A DNA stretch of 61,971 nt, the filler included, from Sphacelaria rigidula (lineage: Eukaryota), in assembly GCA_964200075.2 (NCBI GenBank). It is 7 parts of 7 records of this genome, joined end to end, with 100 filler letters (N's around TTAATTAATTAA, not from the genome) between each part and the next. Parts side by side here need not be neighbours in the genome. Positions count along the whole stretch, not along the records: positions 44,341 to 53,106 come from CAXNAA020010159.1; positions 53,207 to 61,971 come from CAXNAA020010160.1; 5 more parts are not named here. One strand, 5' to 3'. A program made the translations under genes and the position numbers. A model generated the notes under the pieces. That model was not told the origin of the DNA and did not search any database. It saw only the letters and a list, made by a program, of their open reading frames with translations. Numbering within the stretch: the stretch's first letter is position 1; each line of letters begins with the position of its first letter. Below, one piece after another: positions 50,271-61,945 of this stretch.

Positions 50271-53106
50271 CGGTCTGCAGCGCAACATCGACCACGCCCA
50301 CGACGTCCACGCCCCGCTTTGAACCACGCTTCCTTGTCGCAACTGTTGCCCCACTCCCAGTTTTTCCGTAAGCGTTGTCTGCCCTCCCTTCTCCACCAGG
50401 ACCCTCTTCGACGACACCACAACAGCGCGACCTACATCGGACGACGATCAAGAATTACTGAGACGACCACCACCTACGACTACTGGAGCTATAGTATCCC
50501 CTTGCGACTGGCGCTCGATCCCGTTGGATCACCGATTTTCAGATTTCTGATCTTGCAGTTTTTAGCACCTTTTGATTCCCCCAGGTTGAAGCTCTGCTCC
50601 CTGTTGTACCTTTGGTTTCCCCCAGGTTAGAGCTATGCTCCCTGTTGTACCTCCCTGTTTTCCCCCCCTTAATCTTTGGTAGGACGCCGAAGCAATTTGT
50701 GCTTCTTCGTTGATCTCTAGCACGCAGAAGCAGTTTGTGCTTCCGCGTTTCGGCGCAGTTTTTCTGCTCCTCGAAGCAGTTTATGCTTCCCTTCTTTTGA
50801 GGTGTGGGAGTGGGTACAGGATTGTTGGTACGGGAGTGTTGGGTACGCGAGTGTTTTCTTAGGTATGCTTTATTAGCCGCTCATGACTTTATGGGTAAAG
50901 AAAAACCTTAGTTTTCGCTGCTTCGAGGATAAAATCGTCGCAGCTGTAATAATGGTTTGTCTGGGTGGGTTAGTGTCATGAAGATGCATATTAGCCTGCT
51001 GCCATGCCGCTTCAGACCCGTTGTCGAGTCTGGCTTTCGGTATTTCGGGCATTCCGGTATTCAAGACTGCAGGTCTGTTCAGAGTTGGTCGGGTACGAAT
51101 ATGAACCTGTATATGGTAAGAGATGGTAACAGCTAGATCTGCAGAATTGCAGATCTGGCACGCCTACCGTCTTACTACCTACTGGTCCCCTACCCCTTTC
51201 CAGCAAAATAAGTCTAAGTATCGGTGAGACGTATTGGCTGGTTTGGGTTGGATTGATTGATTGGATCCTGAAAGTTAGAGACAAGATAATCAAGAAGAAG
51301 TGAAGAACCATCGCGTGAGAACTCGTCCTGACATATTGTGCTGAGCTGTGTTGAGCAGTGTGCTGGGCTGTGCCAGCTCGACTGTTGTTAACTTGCCTTG
51401 TGAGCTTGTGTACTTGGACTGCAAGCTGTGCCTTGCAATAGTAGCTACACAGCCTCATTACACTAGCATTTGCACATACGTATCCATGCGGGTCAACATT
51501 TGTTCCAGGTCAGTCTAGACTCGATCACGATTGTCAAGTTGACAGTACAGTATAAACATGGTGCGATAGATGAATATTCCTTGTCTGGCTGCATTGCTTA
51601 CTACAATACGTAGTGTGTTGAGTACACGACTTTTTTTGGTAGCAACATACATAACTCATTCATAGCGAGGTGTTGCAAATAATGTAGACGGTACAGTCTA
51701 CACGCATTGTCTCTTGGATTGAGTTGTTGCAACTACAGAAAATAGCGGCACGACCTGTTGCGGCTCAATGAAACTCCGAACATTGTAGTACAGTTACATT
51801 GTCTCTTTATACGGAGAGTACCTCTTCTATGTGGATGGGACCTCGAGTAGGATATTACTTCGAGTAGTCGTATTGCTATGATTTGTCGATACTCTAGCGA
51901 GTATCTAGACCACGTAAGTTGTAGAACATCTTGTGTAGAATGTTGCAGTTGATCTAAGCTGACAAGGCTACGGCGTCAGTAATAGAGAGGTCAAATTGAA
52001 TTATACGATTAGAACCTACGTACGTGTAACGTCTTGCGATCCTTCTTCTAGGATTGAGCATGCTTGTAATTGGTGGTTCTTACCGCCCTTACAATTACTC
52101 TCCTTCACTACCCCCAGCTCTCTGCTTCAAGAGGAGGCTGTGTGTTCTGTTTCTCTTGGCCAGATGAAGAGCCCATCAACCATTTTGTCTCTCTGATTTT
52201 ATTCTGAGCTGCAGAAGCAAGCGGTCTAAACACCACTGTGCACTCTCTGCTATACTACTGTCTTCGGGACAGTAGTCGTGTCTTCGGGACACTAGTCAGT
52301 CTGTTTCGAGAACATCACCAACAGCCACGAGCCACACAATATTTTCAACAAATGCGGGTGGCTTCGACAAGATCGTCACACGGCACCACGGTACTGTACA
52401 GTTTCTTCCCGCACTCGGCGCTGGTTACACCCGAACATTGCACTTCGCAGGCTGTACAACACTCTGTGCTGCACTACACTTCACTCAACGAAGTTACGCG
52501 GTTCTACGATACACTAGGGTGCATGGTGTTGTGCTGCACGCGCATGCACTGTACTGGGGTGAACAGCTCGTGGAGCAGGAAGGGGGCTCTCTACTGCACC
52601 CATGTGCTGGTGCGGAGCAAAATCTATTTGTTTTCGAATTCAGTCTAGTCGTTAACTTTGAAACACAGATGGATTTCGGTGGAACCTTTTGCAACAGAAA
52701 GTTTTCGTTGTCCACATGGTGAAACATTCCTCTGTATCTCTCCTGGTCGTGTAGGTCGAGAGTCATATTCTCCCATGACACCGGAGGTCAGGTTTCAACG
52801 AGCGGGGTGATGTTCACCCTGAGATGCACGGATTCTGCCCTAACTCGTTGCATACAGCACTGTTGCCATTGCAACTTGCGAGAGGAGCTGTCTGTCTATA
52901 TATGAACGCACCTTAGTTCTTCATGCGTCTCCTCCTCCCTTTTGGGCGATGCTGTCTGGGCCGCTCTTGAATGCGCAGCAGGTCCGGACCGTGCTTGCGA
53001 AATCGGGATATTTGGCATCATCCAACGCTTTTCACCGTTTTTCGCGGAGGCGTTTAAAAGACTAATTAGAAAAGAAAACAAAATCCCCGGCGTGACACTA
53101 GGAGGG

Positions 53107-53206
53107 NNNNNNNNNNNNNNNNNNNNNNNNNNNNNNNNNNNNNNNNNNNNTTAATTAATTAANNNNNNNNNNNNNNNNNNNNNNNNNNNNNNNNNNNNNN
53201 NNNNNN
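53107..53206. other. Artificial 100-nt contig spacer
   Basis: N44-TTAATTAATTAA-N44. Confidence 0.98.
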
Positions 53207-55013
53207 CAGGCAGAAGAAATCGTGAATTTGGTGATTTTGAGTCGTGATGATTTGTCCTAACCGTGGATTTTTCGCCAACTTCGGTTCTTACTTTTCCATT
53301 CTCTTTTTTTGTTACGACCTAGTCTGCTATGTCGTTCTGTTCGACTTTTTTTTTCTGTTCCTTTTTTTCTTCGGAGCGTGTTTCAGTTTCGTTTTTCTTG
53401 GGTACGTCTATCCTGAGACCACGGCTGGACCCCTGGGGGGTCAGTTGAAGTGCGACAATCAATCAATCAATCAAATCGCTCCGCAACAACGCACAACATG
53501 GAACTTCTGTCGCCGTGAGCTGCATCTTGCTAGTGCAGCATTGCAGACCCACACTACACCGCAAGCGAGCGCTAAACGACGTATGTGGTAGATCAATACG
53601 CGGGGCAATGACCTGGGGCAGCGTTCAGTGCTCTGCTGATATCGTGATAAAATTCAAAATGGGCTCCATTCTCTTTTGCTTTTCCACCTGTTACCCTGGA
53701 AAATTGAATGCGAAAGTCGAAGTTGGGAACAACCGGTAGAACACGTGAACTGCGGTGCTCACAGCGCTGGCTGTTCGGCTGCGCATGATCTGCGCAAACT
53801 CGTTGAGGGCCTATGCACATGGCTCATGTTCTGCGACGTGATGTTAGTAGTACAGTATAGGCAGGGCGGCGCAGTCACTGAAGACAGTACAGAACGTGTG
53901 CACAGTAAAGTCAGTACAGCCACGAATCCACGAGTAAAACCGTGTTCACCCACCCCCCCCCCCTCCAACGCCCCCCCCACCCCCTTCTCCACCCCNNNNN
54001 NNNNNACAAGAACAACAGAGTTGCACGACAACACCCCCCACACCCCCCAAACCCGTAAAAACCACGCTTCCCCCCCCCCCCCCCCCCCCCCCCAACTGGT
54101 TTTGAACGCACATGCCACACGGCGAGACAACCGTCAGTGACGCTCATCTTGGAGGAATGGTAGAAACAGCACATTGCACCCGCGCCAATATTTCGGCCAG
54201 CATTACAGTGCGTCGAACGGAATCAGTACAACGTTTCATACGGGAAAACGAGGACATCTAGAAGTCTTTCCAGAATCTGTGCAAGGGGTATTTTTTCCCC
54301 TTTTTTCTCCGGATTGCAACACAGGTGTGTTGTGAACATCTGTCCAACTTGCTTCGTCTCCGATGTATCATGTCTACTATTCAGCCGCGCTCCGGCAGGG
54401 TAGCGGTGCAACTGACACCGTAAAGAACGCGGGTTTGATTCCCGTCGGATGCGTCTGGGGTTTTTCTTAATTCTGATTTCCCTCCTTGAAAGCGTGAGTG
54501 CATGGATAGCGGAAAGAGTTGACTGAGTTTGCTTGACGTCAGTCGACACGGTGCGGGAAAGCTAATCCAATGACCAAAATGCGAAGCGTGTTCCGGGGAA
54601 GAGATGAATGAGTGGGTGAATCCTTTGAGGCCAAGGGCTCGTCCCGAGGAGGGGTGTACTCATGATCATGCATGCCATAGTCATCAGACTATTGACCTCG
54701 CATCCCTACAAAGCCAGGACGGAGCACGCCGGGTTTTCGCCGGACCAGGCTCCCGAGGAGGGGGAGGGGGGGGGAGGGGTGAGAGTATGATGAAAAATAA
54801 CTGTGAGCCACATCTCTACCAAAAAATATTTACCATACAGTTCGAGTGTATGCTAGAGCGATATCCTTGCAGGAACCCCTTGGTCCGAAGCATCACCGTT
54901 TCGCCGTATGGTTCAACAAACAAGATCGGTAGTCTAAAACTTGTTTTCACGATAAGCCAAATCTGACCTGGACTGATCTTCACGACTGTGTCTCGCTGTC
55001 ATGTCTTTTCCAG

Positions 55014-55139
55014 GGCAAGTACGCTGAGGCTGAGTCACTCTACGAGCGGTGCCAGGCGATCGAGGAGAAGATTCTTGGCCCGGAGCACCCAAGCTTTGCC
55101 GAAGCGATGGAAAGCCGCGCGGTGTTGTTGAGAGCTCAG
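55014..55139 (+). CDS. TPR array exon 1 (42-aa TPR, probably part of an NB-ARC-TPR-type gene)
   Basis: cag|...|gtga, 126 nt, phase 0. GKYAEAESLYERCQAIEEKILGPEHPSFAEAMESRAVLLRAQ. Confidence 0.92.
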
Positions 55140-55242
55140 GTGAGAGCAAATGGAATATCCTCGTTGTCCGGTGACGGCGTTTAGAAGACATCGTGCGGTG
55201 TTGATTTTGTCCGCTGGTCCTGTTGGCCAACGTTATAGCTGA

Positions 55243-55365
55243 GGTCAGTGCGGCGAAGCCAGCCTGTTGTACCTTTGAGCGGTCGAGATCGGCCATAGTA
55301 CCGTCGGCCCTGTACACATGGTGCTCGCCGGCTGCACACCTAGGCGGGGCGGCGGCGCGAGCTTT
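55243..55365 (+). pseudogene. Intronic decayed TPR pseudo-exon (counterparts in the other introns of the array)
   Basis: Translates GQCGEASLLYL*AVEIGHSTVGPVHMVLA, in register with GKYAEAESLYERCQAIEEKILGPEHPSFA. A frameshift follows and splice sites are lacking. Confidence 0.75.
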
Positions 55366-55431
55366 TCACCACCGTTGTGGGCCCGACGTCAACTGTTATA
55401 CGCTGCTTTTGCGTCGTATACTACATTTCAG

Positions 55432-55557
55432 GGCAAGTACGCCGAGGCCAAGCCACTCTTCGAGCGGTGCCAGGCAATACAGGAGAAAGTTCTTGGCCCG
55501 AATCATCCTGATTTGGCCGTGACGATGGGCAGCCGTGCGCGGTTGTTGCAATCTCAG
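55432..55557 (+). CDS. TPR array exon 2
   Basis: cag|...|gtga, 126 nt. GKYAEAKPLFERCQAIQEKVLGPNHPDLAVTMGSRARLLQSQ. Confidence 0.92.
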
Positions 55558-55614
55558 GTGAGAGCCTACATGCCCTCCTCGTAGTCGTGTGTCGACTCGT
55601 GAACGACATCGTGT

Positions 55615-57880
55615 TGGGGCTGTGGACTGGCAGCTCTGGGCAGGAAAGTTTATACTGGCCGCGTCATGTTTTTCGATTTCACCCGGGAAGCGCCAGTGAT
55701 ACAGGCAAAGAAAAGCACCAATGAAATATAGAATTGGTCAAGTTGAAGCGAATGATAAAAACCTACTCTCAATCAGCGCTCTACTCTCAACATTACGGAA
55801 ACATTGTTGAATGCAGACAGTTGTACAAATTTTGACCCCTCACATTGAGGAGCTGAGATCGACTCTAATGGGAGCCGTTCAGGTTTTATTCCAAAATGTT
55901 TGAACGAGTGGTCACAAAGACACTTGATATGGAACAAAATCGCCAAGATTTAGACCCCCAAAAGTTTGAACGGACCAAGAAAATACTAAATTCCGGCCAA
56001 GCGCTCAGAATCAGGAGACGATTCAAAGCGTTTGAGGGCCTGTTGAAAAATTGGCACAAAAAGTATAATGACACTTGTAATATTTTTTTGTACTACATCA
56101 CACACCGGTGGCTCCTTCATGTGCTGCACCTTTCACTGCACAGTCGTGAGTTTAGACCTTGCCAAAACTGTGTGGTCTCTGCTGGGATTACCAGAGCAGC
56201 TGTACTGCTATTACATTCCGAACAACTGCGGTCGGCAGACGGTGCTGTCTTGTCGAAGTTGAAAATACTCTACAGCATTTGTTTGTTGGATATCGTGTCC
56301 TTCGCAAAGAACAAGGTCCTTGATGCGCAGACCCAGCGTTACTGTCCTGTAGCTGACAGGTAGTGCGGTGCCCTGCAAATACGGTTTGATCTGCGCTGAG
56401 GATTGCATGAAGTGCCGTACTGTTGTTGTGTCGCGGTCGGTACACAAGTCTAGACACTGCGAAAGCGCCACCATCATGGCGTATTGGATGCGTTGGGCCG
56501 TTTATAAAACCAATCAATGACGCAATAATTCATGCCCACGTTACTTATTGTTATGCTGCAGTTGTTGTTCTGACTGTAGTGCGTTTAAATCCTTCGAATA
56601 CGGTTTGATCTTCGCTGGAGATTGTCCGAGATGCTGAACTGCCGCTGGTCCGGTCTGTACAGATGGGTGGGAACGAAACCCTGTTCGCATGAAGTTGAAA
56701 ACGTTACGTTATGGGTGTACAGCTGCCATGTCTTCTACAGGTGCTGTTGTACAAGTGCACAACGCCTAGGTCACGCCAATTTCATCATCTATGTGCAACT
56801 CCAGCGTCATGCCGTAATAGTGTTTTTTTTTTGTCCCAGTTCAGAATCGTGGCAGAAAACAAACTCGTTTGAAATGTAAAACAAACAAACGTTTGAACGG
56901 CTCCCATGAGAGTTGGCCTAAGAGGCTTCAAAAACATTAAAATCCCATTCAAAGCAATGAGCGACTCGACAATCATTCATCTGTAGCATGCAGCCGCAGA
57001 GACTCTTCTGGAGGAGTGGAGGGTGGGAACATGGAAGCCAAGACTCGCAGCACGTGGGGATAAAAGCGCAAAGTTATTGACGTCCGGGCAGACAAACACG
57101 CATGCCGTTGAATAGCAAGCCATGGTGTATTTTGTATTTTGTGGTCGTGGGTTACCGTTTTTTATTTGTGTCGGCTGTCGTGCAATGAAACGACAATAAG
57201 TGTGCCCGCTCTATCACTTCAAGGTGTAGTGAGCATGTGCTGCGTCATGTTCAACGTTCATCATGCACTTAGCGTTTGAGATTCGGCAGTTCCGCATCAA
57301 GCGCCCCGCCGTATATAAGTAACTCACAACTCCTTTTTCTTTCTACAGCTTAGTTTTCTTTCTTCATTTTCGACCTACACGCTACAGCCGAAAAAGCGGA
57401 AAACTGCAGAACCACGAGGGACCAACGAAGCAACCGGGACAGAAACACCTGAAGTAGTCAAGTAGTGATCGGCATAGGGCAAACCCGTTCTGAATGTGCT
57501 ACGGAACTACAACAGGATGTCAGACCTATACTGTACAAGTCGACCGAACCGCGGAAGACGTAGTATAAAGCTGTGCACCGCTGCTTCACGCGTCATCGAC
57601 GCAAGCAATTTCTGTCAACGCCTTCGAAGCGCCCTCCGTCTTAACTGATACCCCCACATTCCTCTGCAATTGTAAAGTGCAGGCCTCAGTTGTACAGTCA
57701 CATCGTATATAACTGTTTCATAAGCTTTGTCATAAACTCACTATACTAAAATTAATATACATATTGCCGGTAACGGTAAACCTCGAATAAACTGGATAAA
57801 CTGGCACCCTCGTCGCCAGTTCCAGTTTAACTCCAGTTCTGGTCCAATCGACAGTATAAACGGTCCGGTTCACAGCCCTA
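55615..57880. mobile_element. Non-autonomous hAT-like element in TPR intron 2
   Basis: TIRs tggggctgtggactgg / ccggttcacagcccta and an 8-bp TSD CATCGTGT/CATCCTGT. The paralogous intron 6 lacks the insertion. Confidence 0.75.
55857..56918. mobile_element. Nested PIF/Harbinger-like non-autonomous element
   Basis: TIRs gatcgactctaatgggagccgttca / tgaacggctcccatgagagttggcc and a 3-bp TSD TGA/TAA. The empty site gaggagcTAAgaggctt is visible at ~12478-12494. Confidence 0.7.
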
Positions 57881-58121
57881 CATCCTGTGGTGTTGGTGAT
57901 GCTCGCTTGTCCTCTGGATCAACGTTGCCTGAGAGGGTGCGGCTAGGTCAACCCGTTATACCTCTGTGCTGTCGACATCGAATACACTGCTCCTGATCCT
58001 GTGCACACCGCAATCGCCGGCTGCACACCTGGGCGGGGCGGTGGCGCGAGCGTCTCCCCACCGTTGTAGGTCCGACGTTGGCCCTCATTGGCTTGCCTCT
58101 GCGTCGTGTACTACATGTCAG

Positions 58122-58247
58122 GGCAAGTACAACGAGGCTGAGCGACTCTACGAGCGATGCCAAGCGATCGAGGAGAAGGCTCTCGGCCCGGAGCACCCAA
58201 GCTTCGCCACAACGCTTCACAACCGTGCGGGTTTGTTTCAAGATCAG
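58122..58247 (+). CDS. TPR array exon 3
   Basis: cag|...|gtga, 126 nt. GKYNEAERLYERCQAIEEKALGPEHPSFATTLHNRAGLFQDQ. Confidence 0.92.
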
Positions 58248-58569
58248 GTGAGAGCCGATGGAGCTTTGTAGTGGTAGTGTCTCGACGTGTGAATGAATTT
58301 ATGTTGTGTTGATGTTGGTCACTGATCCTGTCGGCCGACGTAGACTGAGAGGATGCGGCAATGCCAGACCGTCGTACCTCTGCGCCATCGGTATCGGGCA
58401 TATTACCCTCGGCCCTTCAGATGTAGCGCTCATCGGCTGCACACCAGGGGGGGGGCGGTAGCGCAGCGTCTCCCCGAAGTTGTAGGTCCGAAGTTGACTG
58501 TTATGGGTTGCTTCTACTTCGTTGCCTGCGCTTTGACTGTTGGCCTACGGCACACTGTGCTATATTCAG

Positions 58570-58695
58570 GGCAAGTACGACGAGGCCGAGACACTCTACG
58601 AGCGGTGCCAAGTGATCAGGGAGAAGATTCTCGGCCCGGATCATCTAGTATTCGCCGCCACGCTTCACCGCCGTGGGACGTTGTTGCAAGCCCGG
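58570..58695 (+). CDS. TPR array exon 4
   Basis: cag|...|gtga, 126 nt. GKYDEAETLYERCQVIREKILGPDHLVFAATLHRRGTLLQAR. Confidence 0.9.
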
Positions 58696-58981
58696 GTGAG
58701 AGCCGGTATAACATTGTCGTAGTCGTTTGCTGATGCGTGGACGAGATTGCGAGGGGTTGACGTTGTTCGCTGGCCCTGGGGGGGCAACGTTGACTGACAG
58801 GATTACTGCTGCGAGGCCAATTCGGTGTACGTCTGAGTCATGGTTACCGGGTACAGCACAGACCTTGTACACACATCGCTCGCCGGCCTCACACGTGGGC
58901 GGGGGAGTGGCGCGAGCGTCTTGTCGCCGTTGCAGGCGCGACGTTAACTATTATAGACTTCTTCTGCGTCGCGTACTACAT

Positions 58982-60705
58982 TGCACGGTCCGCACGAATT
59001 ATACCGTAATTCGGCTGATATTCAGCATTCGTACGAATCAACGATACGATTCGTACACAAGTTGTGATTCGTACGTGATTTCGGTTCGCGATTCGCGCAA
59101 CATCACTTGGATTGTACACATCCCCAGTTCGTGATTTGTGCGGTACACTGACGAATGTTCATGTTCCATACGTTCCATTCGTATCGGATAAATCGTAGGT
59201 ACATGTTCTCCACCTTCCGCTCTCGTAAGAGCGAATCAAGCGTACATGTTTCGCGCCTTCTGTTCGCATAACACAATCATGAGAGCACGTTGTTTCCCAT
59301 CCGGTATTTCATGGGGCGCGACTCTCCGGTGGCATGGCCGTTTTACAGGTGGGGTATGCAAGTAGGACCGTACAGGTGGCCAACCCCTCGAACTCTAAAT
59401 CCGCAATAACCCAAAATTCAAATATTGTACTGAAATGTTACACATGAAATATAGTACAGCACACGCGTTTGCGTGCCCACAGCGGTTCTTCTCGCCAGGC
59501 ATTTTCCCGAGCTATGCTATTAGCAGCATTTTTTATTTCATTTGTAGTTTCAGGATGTGTTGCGTGGTACAGTTGAGCTGAATGTACTGTATCTAATACC
59601 GCAGACACTTTCTGAAAAAACATCAGCACGGGTCGTCCTCGTATGTTCGCGGGACGTTTTGGGAAACCTCCGGCGGCGTACACGGCAGTCCGTAGAGAGT
59701 GCGGTATAAGATAGCACACCATGCATCTGCGCGCCTAGAGCGATTCGTCTAGCTTATTTTTTTCCCGGGCAATTGCTGTCGACGACCCTCCTGCGGTTTC
59801 ATGTTTTGTTCTGCGGTATAGTTGGCCTGGCTATATAAAACAGTACAAAGACATCTGCAGACAGCATCAGCACTGCAAGAGTCGTTCCTGGATGTTCGCG
59901 TGAGTTTTCGGAAACACTCCGGCAGCACTGCAATCAGTGGGCAGTACAGTACAGTACAGCACAGCATAGTGTTGTGCAATCTGTACACCGGACAACAGGC
60001 AACAGTAGTACGAAGCCTTCACAATAATCCGGCATGATACATTCCGTATTTCTCCCCTTGATTATGCAGCATCAATCACGTCATTCATGTACATGTTTTC
60101 CGCCTTGCTCTCGTTCAGCATGAACCATGGGTGCATGTTCCCCACCTTTCATTAACACGAGGTGAATCAAGCGTACATACTTTCAATTTTCATGCACCCA
60201 GCACAAGTCATAAGTGCATGTTCCTTATCTTCCATTCATACGAGGTGAATCAAGCGTACATGTTTTCCAATTTCCATTCGTACAGCATGAGTCATACGCA
60301 CATGTTCTCCGCCTTCCATCCATACGAGGTGAATCAAGCGTACATGTTTTCCAATTTCCATTCGTACAGCATGAGTCATACGCACATCTTCTCCGCCTTC
60401 CATCATACGAGGTGAATCAAGCGTACATGTTTTCCAATTTCCATTCATGGAGCATGAGCCATACGTACATGTTCCCCAATCAATTATTCATACAGAAAGT
60501 GTGATTGGTACATATTTTCCACCTCTTGATTCGTGTGACACTACTGGGGATGTACACATTCCCAGTTCGTGATTCGTGCAATATGGCCTTGAACGTACAA
60601 CTTTACTGTCCGTGATTGATACCGGATGACTCTTTGATACATGTTGTGCATTCAACATTCATGAGGAGTCAATCCGCATGAGCTCTGATTATTCCGAACC
60701 GTGCA
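58982..60705. mobile_element. 1.7-kb non-autonomous TIR element inserted just upstream of the exon-5 splice acceptor
   Basis: ACAT|tgcacggtccgca...tccgaaccgtgca|ACATgcag. It interrupts the conserved gcgtcg.gtactacat..cag acceptor motif and carries many gattcgt/acgaatc subterminal motifs. Confidence 0.75.
60150..60480. repeat. ~84-bp tandem repeat (~3-4 copies) inside the 1.7-kb element
   Basis: acgaggtgaatcaagcgtacatgttttccaatttccattcgtacagcatgagtcatacgcacat... is repeated. Confidence 0.9.
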
Positions 60706-60713
60706 ACATGCAG

Positions 60714-60839
60714 GGCAAGTACGCCGAGGCCGAGTCATACTACGAGCGGTCCCACGCGATAAACGAGAAGCTTCTTGGTACGGAGCACCCAGCGGTGGCG
60801 GCAACGCTGGGAAGCCGTGCGGAGTTGTTTCGGGCTCAG
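60714..60839 (+). CDS. TPR array exon 5
   Basis: cag|...|gtga, 126 nt. GKYAEAESYYERSHAINEKLLGTEHPAVAATLGSRAELFRAQ. Confidence 0.88.
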
Positions 60840-61102
60840 GTGAGAGGCGGTGGAACTTCCTCGTACTGCCAGATGTCGGCGTGCGACGGACGTGGTGCGG
60901 CGTTGATATCGTTCGCTGGTCCTGTGGGCCAATGTTGAGTTTGGGTCAGTGCGGCGAAGCCCGCCCGTTGTGCCTCTGGTCGAGATCGGGCATAGTATCC
61001 TCGACCCTGAACCCATGGCGCTCAACGACTGCACACCTGGGCGGGGTGGCGGTGCGAGCTTAACTGTTGTGCGCTGCTTCTGCGTCGTGTACTACATTGC
61101 AG

Positions 61103-61228
61103 GGTAAGTACGCTGAGGCTGCGGCACTGTACGAGCGGTGCCAGGCGATGCAGGAGAAGCTCCTCGGCCCGGATCATCCTGAGTTGGCCGTAGTGATGGG
61201 GAGCCATGCGTGGTTGTTGCAAGCTCAG
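61103..61228 (+). CDS. TPR array exon 6
   Basis: cag|...|gtaa, 126 nt. GKYAEAAALYERCQAMQEKLLGPDHPELAVVMGSHAWLLQAQ. Confidence 0.92.
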
Positions 61229-61497
61229 GTAAGAACCGATGTGCCTTCCTCGTAGTCGTGTGTCGACTTGTGAACAACACATTGTGATGTTGGTGTTGCT
61301 CGCTGGCCCCGAGGGCCAACGTTGACTGAAAGGCTGCGGCTAGGTCAACCCGTGATACCTCTGTGCTGTCGATATCGAATACACTACTCTTGACCCTGTG
61401 CACACCGCAATCGCCGGCTGCACACCTGGGCGGGGCGGTGGTTGTTGGTCCGACGTTGACCCTTATGCGCTGATTTGCGACGTGTACTACATGTCAG

Positions 61498-61623
61498 GGC
61501 AAGTACAACGAGGCCGAGCGACTCTACGAGCGATGCCAAGCGATCGAGGAGAAGGCTCTCGGCCCGGAGCACCCAAGCTTCGCCACAACGCTTCACGACC
61601 GTGCGAGTTTGTGTCATGTTCAG
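61498..61623 (+). CDS. TPR array exon 7
   Basis: cag|...|gtga, 126 nt. GKYNEAERLYERCQAIEEKALGPEHPSFATTLHDRASLCHVQ. Confidence 0.92.
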
Positions 61624-61945
61624 GTGAGAGCCGATGGAGCTTTGTAGTGGTAGTGTCTCGACGTGTGAATGAATTTATGTTGTGTTGATGTTGGTCACTG
61701 ATCCTGTCGGCCGACGCAGACTGAGAGGATGCGGCAATGCCAGACCGTCGTACCTCTGCGCCATCGGTATCGGGCATATTACCCTCGGCCCTTCAGATGT
61801 AGCGCTCATCGGCTGCACACCAGGGGGGGGGCGGTAGCGCAGCATCTCCCCGAAGTTGTAGGTCCGAAGTTGACTGTTATGGGTTGCTTCTACTTCGTTG
61901 CCTGCGCTTTGACTGTTGGCCTACGGCACACTGTGCTATATTCAG

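Noticed and set aside
50820-51461. 3' LTR of the Gypsy element
   Set aside because: TG...CA boundaries and a purine-rich tract are plausible, but there is no second LTR in the contig to confirm them.
58122-61623. Diversity-generating retroelement (TR/VR pair) explaining the exon 3/7 differences
   Set aside because: The differences are not restricted to adenines, both copies have intact splice sites, and no DGR-type RT is present. The Gypsy RT is decayed and on another contig.
587-61777. Most of the short 60-190-aa ORFs in the track
   Set aside because: They have no recognisable domains and fall in repeats, introns or antisense to real features.
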